18,512 nucleotides of DNA. Origin: Verrucomicrobiota bacterium. GTDB taxonomy: Bacteria; Verrucomicrobiota; Verrucomicrobiia; Verrucomicrobiales; DEV007. Location of the stretch: positions 1-18,512 of the forward strand of contig JASFYY010000032.1 of NCBI GenBank assembly GCA_045046875.1, in the 5' to 3' direction. Below the pieces are notes generated by a model. That model saw only the letters and a program-made list of their open reading frames with translations, ran no database searches and was not told the DNA's origin. Positions within the stretch are counted from its first letter, which is position 1; every line of letters starts with the position of its first letter. A program made the position numbers and the translations under genes. Shown here one piece after another: positions 1-8,337 of the stretch.

Positions 1-1091
1 TCAATCGTCTCCCCGCTTTGGCTGATCACAAAAACCAATGTGTTTTTATCCATCGGCACATTGCGGTAGCGAAACTCACTGGCGATCTCAACCTCGGTCG
101 GAATCCTAGCCAATGCTTCAATCAAGTGCTCTCCTGCCATCGCAGCATGACACGCGGTGCCGCATCCAACCAGCACAATGCGATCCACATCACGTAATTC
201 TTGTGGGCTCATTTGCAGACCTCCCAGCTTGGCCGAAGCCTCTTCATCGGAAAGCCTACCACGAAAGGCATTTTCAACGGACTCCGCCTGCTCGAAAATT
301 TCCTTGAGCATATAATGAGGGTAGTCCCCCAACTCAGCAGCTTCTGCAGCGAACTCCACCTGGCTAACTTGGAAATCAGCCGCTCCCCCGTCAATTCTCT
401 CCACTTTGAATTCGTCTCCCTTCAAACACACCAAGTCGTAGTCGTTCAAATAAATAGCATCCGTAGTATGCGCGACCACAGCCGACACATCACTAGCTAG
501 AAAATTTTCACCCTTACCCAATCCCACAATCAGCGGGCTACCCAAACGGGCTCCCACTAAAAAATCCGGAGCATCAGAGTGCATCACCGCAATACCATAG
601 GTTCCCGACACCTGTTTTAAAGATTCACGCACCGCAGCAACCAACCGTTCCTCACTACTTCCTCCGTCAACCGATTCATAAAAAACGCCAATCAAATGAC
701 TCAGAACTTCAGAATCTGTCTGTGAGCGAAACTGATGCCCCTTGCTTTCCAAATCATCTCGTATTTTCTGATAATTCTCAATCACCCCGTTATGCACCAA
801 CACCAGTTTGCCTGATTGATCAAAATGCGGATGTGCGTTGTTATCCGTCGCTTCGCCATGAGTTGCCCAACGGGTATGACTGATGCCACAACTTCCCTCC
901 ACTGGTTTTTCACCTATTTGCTGCCTCAAATTCTGCAAACGACCCGCACATTTTTGCAAATCGATAGCTCCCTCGTCCGATAAAACCGCAATTCCGGAGG
1001 AATCATAACCCCGATACTCCAAGCGTTGCAATCCATCCAATAGGTATGGAGTGGCCTTTTCTTTTCCTACATAAGCAATAATTCCGCACAT
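1..1091 (-). CDS. glmS: Glutamine--fructose-6-phosphate aminotransferase (isomerizing), 5' part; runs off the window start
   Basis: Not in the ORF track; translated by hand. ATG at 1091-1089 gives MCGIIAYVGKEKATPYLLDGLQRLEYRGYDSSG (N-terminal Ntn Cys). The same frame gives ENFLASDVSAV near 500 and VFVISQSGETI at positions 35-3 (SIS-domain SQSGET motif). Confidence 0.97.
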   Translation of the reverse strand, partial: MCGIIAYVGKEKATPYLLDGLQRLEYRGYDSSGIAVLSDEGAIDLQKCAGRLQNLRQQIGEKPVEGSCGISHTRWATHGEATDNNAHPHFDQSGKLVLVHNGVIENYQKIRDDLESKGHQFRSQTDSEVLSHLIGVFYESVDGGSSEERLVAAVRESLKQVSGTYGIAVMHSDAPDFLVGARLGSPLIVGLGKGENFLASDVSAVVAHTTDAIYLNDYDLVCLKGDEFKVERIDGGAADFQVSQVEFAAEAAELGDYPHYMLKEIFEQAESVENAFRGRLSDEEASAKLGGLQMSPQELRDVDRIVLVGCGTACHAAMAGEHLIEALARIPTEVEIASEFRYRNVPMDKNTLVFVISQSGETI

Positions 1092-1143
1092 GCCTGCAAT
1101 ACTCGCTGTTTTTTTGCTGTTATCTAGCCCTGTTACGAAATAT

Positions 1144-1173
1144 TTGCTTTTAATAAGGTCAATTTTCCATAAT
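1144..1173 (+). promoter_or_regulatory. Putative sigma70-type promoter for glgC
   Basis: TTGCTT (1144-1149), 18 nt, CATAAT (1168-1173) in the AT-rich 94-bp divergent intergenic region. This would give a very short leader before ATG 1186. No Shine-Dalgarno is visible. Confidence 0.35.
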
Positions 1174-1185
1174 GCTGACAGCACA

Positions 1186-2484
1186 ATGTCAAAAGTCCGA
1201 TTTAATACACCCTCAAACAAAACTCTCGCAATCGTTATGGGAGGGGGACGTGGTTCGCGTTTGTCCCCCCTCACCGACAAACGATCCAAACCTGCCGTGC
1301 CACTCGGGGGCAAATACCGGCTGGTTGATATCCCCATCAGCAACTGCCTGAACTCCAATATCGGCCATATTTTTGTTTTGACCCAGTTCAACAGTGAATC
1401 GCTCAATCGTCACATCGCCGATGCCTACAGCTTCGACCACTTCGGCGGCGACTTCGTGCATGTGCTCGCAGCCCAGCAAACCGTCGGCGGGGCGGACTGG
1501 TATCAAGGCACCGCAGACGCCGTACGCCAGAACATGAACTATTTTCTCGAGCAACCCTACGAGTATTTTCTCATCCTCAGCGGTGACCAACTCTACCGCA
1601 TGGATTTCCTTGAGATGCTGGAAGCTCATATCAAAAACGGCGCCGACCTCTCCATCGCCACCACTCCCGTCGGGCGTGGCACAGCACCGGATTTTGGCAT
1701 CATGCATACGGATGACAACAGCCGTATCACACGTTTCGTCGAAAAGCCCAGCGATCCTGACTTGCTCAATGAATTGCTGATGCCCGCCGCCTTGCTGAAA
1801 GCCAACGGCCTGGCTGCTGATCAAGAAAGATTCCAAGCATCGATGGGTATTTACATCTTCAATCGCTCGGTCTTACAAGAGTGTCTCGACAACGATCTGG
1901 TTGATTTTGGCAGTAATATCATTCCCGAGGCGATCAAAGACCGCCAAGTATTCAGTTATGTTTTTGAGGGCTATTGGGAAGACATCGGAACGATCAAGTC
2001 CTTCCACCAGGCCAATCTTGATCTGACCGAAAACATCCCCCACTACAACTTTTTTGACGTGGAAAACCCGATCTATACCCGCCCCCGCTTGCTGCCTGCC
2101 AGTAAAGTGAACGAAGCACATATCAAACAAGCGCTTATATCAGACGGCTGTATCATCAGCAATGCCACCATCACCCGTTCCATCATCGGAGTGCGTTCGC
2201 ACATCAAAAGCGGCTGCATCATCTCCGATTCTGTCATCATGGGGGCTGACTATTATCACCGCGATAATGTCGCAGGTGATGATGAGGGTAACCCAACAGA
2301 AATCACCATCGGCGAAAATACCCGTATCCACCGAGCCATCGTAGATAAAAATGCCTGCATCGGTCGCGATGTGGTCATCGATCCTGGCGACCGAATTGAT
2401 GAAGACGGCCCCTACTGTATGATTCGAGATGGCATAGCTGTCATCCCAAAAAGCACGGTGATCCCCGACGGCACAGTGATTTAA
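1186..2484 (+). CDS. glgC: Glucose-1-phosphate adenylyltransferase (ADP-glucose pyrophosphorylase)
   Basis: Motifs [72 protein letters not shown], plus a C-terminal beta-helix. Start moved from 1090 (which overlaps the glmS start) to ATG 1186 (MSKVRF). Confidence 0.97.
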   Translation: [432 protein letters not shown]

Positions 2485-2526
2485 ATAGCATCGACTTTCG
2501 ACACGATTGATTCACCCGCTCCCAAG

Positions 2527-4080
2527 TCACTTAAGATCAACTCCGCGGATCACCGTTCCGTCGGACTTGATCAAAGTGAAATCACCCCCACTACCATTGG
2601 CCAGTTGTTGCAACTCGCCTCTCGCTGTCAACACCTTCATACAAATTGTATTGATCTTGGCACTGCCATGTTTCTGATTGTAGTCGAGCAGGTTACTGAT
2701 CATTTGTTTTTTTGTTGCGCCCCGCCCCACGCCAAAAGCACCATCGGTCATAAAATAAATGACATCCGGCTTCATGTTCATCGCCATCATTAAAGGCCAC
2801 CTCCAATCTGTGCCAAACACCAAAGGGGTGTCCTTGATGACTTGCAAAGAATTCCTTATATTCAAGCCACTCGCTCTTTTATATTTGCCTGCAGGCAGGC
2901 GCTCCATGCCCTCCGAAAAATGGTGCAACGCCGTTTTATTAGCGCCCGAATGGCGAGCCCTCTCATCCCACCCTTCATACCAAATATAACGGTTATTTCT
3001 ATCTGTCACCGTATTGCCAACCCACTTGCCTATTTTCTCAGCCTGCCCCACCGTCTGTCCCGCATACCACGCCGGCCCGGAAAAAAATATCATCGCATAC
3101 TCGACTGAATCAGGCAAAGCTTTCACCGACTTGGCTAATTCCTGCCGCATCAACTTCTCCTTATCCCCTATCATGGATGCTGAGAAGTCCACCACAAAAA
3201 CCACCCGTCGCGCCCTGGTCTTCGACCCGAAAAATGACACCGTGCCTCCACCTGAGCCTTTAGAAAAACTCATACTCCTGCCATAACTGCCCAAGCCCAC
3301 CGGGGCGAAACTCCCTATCTGGGCATTCATCTTGGGAGCAGTGATCGACGACAGTGAATCCAAATTAACCGCCACTCTGGAATCCGCCGTTTCCCTCACT
3401 TCACTTTCCACCATCTTAGCACTTCGCTTTGACAATGAGTCCTCATCCAATGAATGAACCGATACCGCAGTGATCAATGGAGGAGGATCCGGAGCCACGG
3501 AAACAACGATCCAATAAAAGGAAATGAACATCAGCACATGAACTCCCACGGCCACGATCAAAGCTCTGATTTTTTCTCGCTCATCTGACTCCTTTTCCTG
3601 CGGCTTCACCGCATTGCCCAAAGCCACCATAAAGGTCTTACCGACAAACTCGACTGGTGGCGTTTCGGGATCAACTTGCAGGTTTTCTTCGACACTCGCA
3701 TCCGGATGCCCCAACAAAGCTTCGAGCTCGACATCTTTTTTACTGCTGTCGAGGGATAAAGTCGTAGCGTATTCCACCCGGGCTTCGTCCAATCGGTGCT
3801 GATGCACCAAAATGCGTGCATAGACATGGTGCGCCCAAGCATCGCTCGGATTCGCCAAGGTGTATTTTAGCAAAACCTCATTCAGACCAGTTAAATCCCC
3901 ACCCGCCGTCAGTTCTACCGCTTGATGCGTCTGATGTTGGTTTGCGGGAGCATTGGGCGCAACGCGGAACAATTCCGCAATCGCACCGTGATCCCCTTGA
4001 CCAAAATACGATTCAGCCAAAGCCAGACGATCCTCCCAATTACTCGGATCGTCAGCAAGTCGACTCAATAAGTTCTCCAC
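2527..4080 (-). CDS. Single-pass membrane protein: N-terminal TPR-like helices, TM helix, C-terminal vWA domain
   Basis: MIDAS elements VVFVVDFSASM (DxSxS), GTDW and IYFMTDG; TM ALIVAVGVHVLMFISFYWIVV; TPR-like AWAHHVYARILVHQHRLDEARVEY. The GTG start overlaps the TAG stop of the upstream gene by 1 nt. Confidence 0.85.
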   Translation of the reverse strand: MENLLSRLADDPSNWEDRLALAESYFGQGDHGAIAELFRVAPNAPANQHQTHQAVELTAGGDLTGLNEVLLKYTLANPSDAWAHHVYARILVHQHRLDEARVEYATTLSLDSSKKDVELEALLGHPDASVEENLQVDPETPPVEFVGKTFMVALGNAVKPQEKESDEREKIRALIVAVGVHVLMFISFYWIVVSVAPDPPPLITAVSVHSLDEDSLSKRSAKMVESEVRETADSRVAVNLDSLSSITAPKMNAQIGSFAPVGLGSYGRSMSFSKGSGGGTVSFFGSKTRARRVVFVVDFSASMIGDKEKLMRQELAKSVKALPDSVEYAMIFFSGPAWYAGQTVGQAEKIGKWVGNTVTDRNNRYIWYEGWDERARHSGANKTALHHFSEGMERLPAGKYKRASGLNIRNSLQVIKDTPLVFGTDWRWPLMMAMNMKPDVIYFMTDGAFGVGRGATKKQMISNLLDYNQKHGSAKINTICMKVLTARGELQQLANGSGGDFTLIKSDGTVIRGVDLK

Positions 4081-6347
4081 TATTTCATCCCCACTTTTAG
4101 GCCATCAATTTTATCTGTGGTTGGCAGATAACGGTAGTAGACCTCAAGCGTCAATGTCGCCCAACAAGTTGCCAATATCTGGGAATCCGCTTCTCCATGA
4201 CCAGCGTTAGGCTTCGACCAGGATCCATCTTTATTCTGAGCCGCCAGCAGTTTTTTCTGGAAAATGGTATTATAATTTTTCCAATCATCCCCTCCATGCA
4301 GAAAAAATACCTGGGTCGCATAATAAGGAGTGTAATAATCCGCCGATACACCGGGGTTTTTGAATGCCCCACGGTTATAAGCCATTCCCTTTTTCCCTTC
4401 ATTCGAATCTTCTTGATGCCACATCTGCAAAGCCAGCATGCCCACTGCTCCCATCGATTTTTTGCCCTTGGTATCTTTGCTATTGTATTTAAAAGCCCCC
4501 TGGGAATCCTGAATGCTCTTGACGTATTTCACCGCTTTATCCAAAGCTTTGTCGACCCCCGAAAAATCCCGACCAGTATTATGCAGGGCCTTCAACGCCT
4601 GAAACTGCCAGCCCCCAACTGAAAGGTCACTGGTTGGACCTTTTCTGTATGCATAATTCCACCCACCCCTAGCATCCTGGCCGTCAACAATAATCTTAGC
4701 TGCTTTGCGCAACACTGATTCCAGACGCGGAATTTCCCGACCGCTTTCCTTGGTCATGGTATAAAGCTCAGCCAAACCGTAAGTCGCCATACCATGAGTA
4801 TAAGCCTGTCCCTTGGGTATATTGGTGTTCCACAACTTGCCTTTGTTTTTCAATCCTCGATCCATGAGATACAAAGCCCCGTTCACCACCGCTTCTCCGT
4901 ACTTGGGAGATTCAGGGGTTTCGCAATGCCCCAAATAAGCCAACAAAGCCACTCCGGTCATAGCGCATTTAAAATCCTTACCCCATGAGCCATCTTTATT
5001 CTGATTCAATGCCAACCAGCCAAGTGCATTGCGCACTACCCGCTCCGCTCCTGGATCACCACCACTCTCACGCAAACGCTTCATCCTCTCAGACATACTG
5101 CAACGTGAGCGCATCGCCGTTGGAATAGATCCCATATTGGAAACATCTCCAAAACCGCCCATCGACATTCCAAAACCAGTACCCGTATCCGCGCTCATGC
5201 TTACCATAGCCAGATCATTCACCGCCTGGGTCACTTCAGGAATCGCCACTGATGAAAAAGCTGCTACACTAATAACGGGCATCGCTGCCGTCACCGGCGA
5301 GCTTTTGGTCTTCTGCATCTTCTGCACCTTCTCACTCGAAATGTCATCTGAATCAGCATTTGCAGACGCCTGCACAGAAAATTGTGGCGGTGGATTATGC
5401 GGTACGGCAATGACATATAAACCCAATAACAAAGCAATGGCTACATGAACCAAAACGGCCGTAGTCAAAGCCGAAAGTTTCTCCTTGGTATCGGAATCCT
5501 TGTCATGAACACTAATGGCCTCCCCTTCAGCCACCATGAATGACCGTTCTCCGCCTTCAACAGGCCCAGTGCCGTCAGTCACCACCGCTACCGCTCCGGT
5601 AACCGTAGCCGCTCCAGCCGCCACCGCCACCGCTGCAACTTTTTCCGCTTTATCCTCTGCCGCCCCCGGAGGGCGTAACGACCGAGGTTTAACTGGTGCA
5701 GACCCAGCTTCCGCATCTGATCCTGGCGGAGGCCGCAATGAGCGCGGCGTGACCGGAGTGGATTCATCCATTTGAGTCGGATCAATCGGCTGCGAAGGTT
5801 TTTCCTCTTCGACTGCAACCGCGACCGCAGCCACTACCTCCTCCGAATCATCGTCTTCCACCGCGACAGCCACGGCCAAAGGCTCTTCTTCCGCGACAGC
5901 CTCCTCCACCGCTTCGACAACAGGCTCAACCTTTTCCGCTTCGACTTCAGCCGGTTCCGGTTCTGGTTCCACCGCAACCTCAGCCTCAGCACTCAGCTCA
6001 GGAGCAACCACACTGGCCACCTTCATGTGCGACTCTGCTTTATCTATATCCCCTGCATCCAGGTGCAAACGGGCCTTCGCCAAATGAGCCGTGGCACTGG
6101 CTGCATTCGCTGACAAAATACCATCCAAAATCTTATGTGCCCCATCTGCATCGGCTTTGCCTAATACTTCCGCCGCGAAAATTTTCTCAACTTCATCCTC
6201 GGGCAACTCAGGAGCCTCTTTAACTAAGGCAGCTGCTTTCGCCCCGTCCCCTTGTTCCACCCAGTGATCTATCAAAAAACGACGAGTTTTCCAATTACCC
6301 GGTGAAGCGTTCAATGCCTCTTCCAATAGTGCTATTTCTGCTGCCAT
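4080..6347 (-). CDS. Membrane-anchored prenyltransferase/squalene-cyclase (QW) repeat protein with N-terminal TPR-like region and acidic linker
   Basis: QW-type repeats QNKDGSW (twice), QDARGGW and QDSQGAF; C-terminal LEVYYRYLP; TM ALTTAVLVHVAIALLLGLYVI; TPR-like ATAHLAKARLHLDAGDIDKA; Glu/Ala/Val/Pro-rich linker. Confidence 0.85.
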   Translation of the reverse strand: MAAEIALLEEALNASPGNWKTRRFLIDHWVEQGDGAKAAALVKEAPELPEDEVEKIFAAEVLGKADADGAHKILDGILSANAASATAHLAKARLHLDAGDIDKAESHMKVASVVAPELSAEAEVAVEPEPEPAEVEAEKVEPVVEAVEEAVAEEEPLAVAVAVEDDDSEEVVAAVAVAVEEEKPSQPIDPTQMDESTPVTPRSLRPPPGSDAEAGSAPVKPRSLRPPGAAEDKAEKVAAVAVAAGAATVTGAVAVVTDGTGPVEGGERSFMVAEGEAISVHDKDSDTKEKLSALTTAVLVHVAIALLLGLYVIAVPHNPPPQFSVQASANADSDDISSEKVQKMQKTKSSPVTAAMPVISVAAFSSVAIPEVTQAVNDLAMVSMSADTGTGFGMSMGGFGDVSNMGSIPTAMRSRCSMSERMKRLRESGGDPGAERVVRNALGWLALNQNKDGSWGKDFKCAMTGVALLAYLGHCETPESPKYGEAVVNGALYLMDRGLKNKGKLWNTNIPKGQAYTHGMATYGLAELYTMTKESGREIPRLESVLRKAAKIIVDGQDARGGWNYAYRKGPTSDLSVGGWQFQALKALHNTGRDFSGVDKALDKAVKYVKSIQDSQGAFKYNSKDTKGKKSMGAVGMLALQMWHQEDSNEGKKGMAYNRGAFKNPGVSADYYTPYYATQVFFLHGGDDWKNYNTIFQKKLLAAQNKDGSWSKPNAGHGEADSQILATCWATLTLEVYYRYLPTTDKIDGLKVGMK

Positions 6348-6562
6348 GAGTTCTCAGATGATTAACTATAAAAACAATATCAATGTGATAGCTGGAAAAT
6401 AAACCAAATTGCCTTTCCCCTCACAATCTGTTTATCCACAAAATCTCCCAATTTGTCCACCCCATTCTGCCCTGATACCGTGTTTTCGGTACCTTTTGCC
6501 CCTCCCCAGCCAAAAGAGAAAATTACTCTCCCCTTTCAGCCGGAAATAAGTCAAAAACAGTA

Positions 6563-7681
6563 TCACCAGATCTTCTGCCACCCTACGATCAACATCCATT
6601 CATTGCCCAGCTGAGGCCCGCTCAAATCCTGGTAAACCGGACCACCCACTTCCAGCGCCAAGCGATGATCCTTCAACCATCCCTTGTCCATATAGAAATT
6701 GATCCCCGCCAACACATCCACACGATCTCCACCGCGCAGCCCCGGATCCGCAGTGGGTACCACTGCTGCAGGAATCACGAGCCCCTTGTCTTGCCCGTGG
6801 ATGTCATCCCAGCTTGTCCCCACCACCCGCAGTGACGTGCTGATCCAATCCGACCAGCGATAAGCCCCCCAACCCGTAAGCGAATACTCATCCCCCAAAC
6901 GGTAATCCTGATTATTAGTCTCAAGACGAATATTTGCTAAAAATTGCGCCCCCCATGACCACGGCCCCGCCTGCCCCAGATAAGTCAAACCAGGAAGCAG
7001 ATCCCATGACCCCGAACCCAACTGCATGGGATAAGGCAACTGCGTCTGACCCGGCCCCGGCACAAAGCCCTTTTCCGTGATTGATCCAGTCGGCGCACTG
7101 ATGCCCAGGTTCAAATTGATGCGGTGATCATTGATATCCATCACATTGATCAAAGAGCTCAATCTGAGATCACCAAAACCATCGGATTTAGTCGTAAAAC
7201 GCAATCCATCCCGGCGCAAATGATCCATCGATTTCAGAACATACGGAGCCATCAGCATCAAAGTCACCTTTTCATGCGGCGCCCACATCCCGCCCAGCAT
7301 ATGCCTATTCGTTTCCATACTGGTCGGGGTGACCAAATACCCCTCGCCCGAAGGAGAAATCACCCGCACATCCGACACCTTGTCGCTACCGATATAATTA
7401 TCGTTCATCGACATGTACATATAACGGTAGGACAGCATCACGCCTCCCGCGTCATGGGTGTGATCCGACATGATCCCCACCGGAGCCAAACTCTCATGCC
7501 CCTGGTGACCTTCATGACCGGTGTGACCCGGGTGAACCGCACAGCTCGCTTGAACAGCGCCCTCACATTCACAAGTTTCAGCTGACTCCACAGTCGGCTT
7601 TTTAATTTCGTTCCCCGCAAAGGACATCACCGCCACTTGCAGTGCTCCAACAAAGGTCATTATTCTGTATATATTTTTCAT
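6563..7681 (-). CDS. Putative outer-membrane beta-barrel transporter (Phenol_MetA_deg-like) with His/Cys/Met-rich N-terminus
   Basis: Signal peptide (about 22 aa, ending SFA); HPGHTGHEGHQGH; APVGIMSDHTH; GFGD, APTG and LGSGSWD motifs; alternating beta-strands; aromatic C-terminus VGWQKIW (beta-signal-like). Confidence 0.75.
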   Translation of the reverse strand: MKNIYRIMTFVGALQVAVMSFAGNEIKKPTVESAETCECEGAVQASCAVHPGHTGHEGHQGHESLAPVGIMSDHTHDAGGVMLSYRYMYMSMNDNYIGSDKVSDVRVISPSGEGYLVTPTSMETNRHMLGGMWAPHEKVTLMLMAPYVLKSMDHLRRDGLRFTTKSDGFGDLRLSSLINVMDINDHRINLNLGISAPTGSITEKGFVPGPGQTQLPYPMQLGSGSWDLLPGLTYLGQAGPWSWGAQFLANIRLETNNQDYRLGDEYSLTGWGAYRWSDWISTSLRVVGTSWDDIHGQDKGLVIPAAVVPTADPGLRGGDRVDVLAGINFYMDKGWLKDHRLALEVGGPVYQDLSGPQLGNEWMLIVGWQKIW

Positions 7682-7772
7682 TTAGATTATCTTAAAAGTT
7701 AGTTTTTAATGTGTGGCATGGTTTTGTGTCATTGCCTTGACTCAGCTGTTGGATGTTTCCTATAAACTTAGC

Positions 7773-7892
7773 GATCGGCAGCTCATCCGATCTGTGCCCC
7801 ATCAGCCGGGCACGACGACTCTGTTTAGCCTTCTCTTAACAAAATGGCGTGCACCATGGGGTGCGATCCGGCCAATGCCGAATGAAGCCGCC
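7773..7892 (-). promoter_or_regulatory. Structured intergenic RNA leader upstream of the OM transporter
   Basis: Inverted repeats (+ strand coordinates): GATCGG/CCGATC 7773-78/7787-92; GTGCCC/GGGCAC 7794-99/7808-13; GCACC/GGTGC 7851-55/7860-64; CGGC/GCCG 7869-72/7877-80; closing GGCG/CGCC 7846-49/7889-92. Confidence 0.45.
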
Positions 7893-7896
7893 TGAT

Positions 7897-8295
7897 TTAG
7901 GAAACAACAAACTGCCGCGGAGGTGGAGTAGGCGGCTTTTCACAGCGACTCTCCAAAAACAAAGCATCTATCGAGAGAACCAAAATCGGTCTCGCCACAA
8001 AACGCTCAGGCAAACGCCCCTCTTCGCTACGCACCTGAATCAAACGCGTAACATTCAATTCCCACACATTTTTGTCCTCCCCCTGGGATTTGCCCGTGCC
8101 CTCGGCCACCACCAAACAGCGCTGGCAAGGCGAAGTTCCTAAAAAAGCCACACGAACAACGGTCGCCAACTCTTGTTTTTCACTGCGCTGGCCAATCATC
8201 AATGCCCAGGCACCGATCTGCATCAAGCCCATCGGAGCCCCGCTCAAAATGAACGCGCTGACCAAAACCACCAGTCTGATGAAAACCAATTTCAC
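7897..8295 (-). CDS. Small membrane-targeted CxxC/proline-rich protein, DUF2946/CutF/CruR-like putative regulatory leader ORF
   Basis: GTG start; hydrophobic N-terminus with QxxAWxxM; PCQRC at aa 56-60; C-terminal PPTPPPR; co-oriented directly upstream of a metal-ligand-rich OM transporter. Confidence 0.65.
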   Translation of the reverse strand: MKLVFIRLVVLVSAFILSGAPMGLMQIGAWALMIGQRSEKQELATVVRVAFLGTSPCQRCLVVAEGTGKSQGEDKNVWELNVTRLIQVRSEEGRLPERFVARPILVLSIDALFLESRCEKPPTPPPRQFVVS

Positions 8296-8337
8296 TCAAG
8301 CAAGTGAACGTCATCCTAGCGCTTCGTCAAGCCCTCT

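Noticed and set aside
113..500. Short ORFs listed at the window start
   Set aside because: All lie within the glmS coding region, in other frames or on the other strand.
1090..1185. N-terminal 32-aa extension of the glgC ORF
   Set aside because: It overlaps the glmS start codon and spans the AT-rich promoter region; the GlgC-like sequence begins after ATG 1186.
1092..1185. glmS ribozyme upstream of glmS
   Set aside because: The region is only 94 bp, AT-rich and unstructured, with no recognisable core.
6432..6461. DnaA box TTATCCACA (6432-6440) plus degenerate TTGTCCACC as a possible oriC
   Set aside because: There is only one perfect box, no cluster or unwinding element, no dnaA/dnaN context and no visible skew switch. 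It could be chance or a lone regulatory site.
6476..6498. TACCG/CGGTA hairpin as an intrinsic terminator
   Set aside because: The stem is only 5 bp, and there is no U-tract in the orientation needed for the minus-strand transporter gene.
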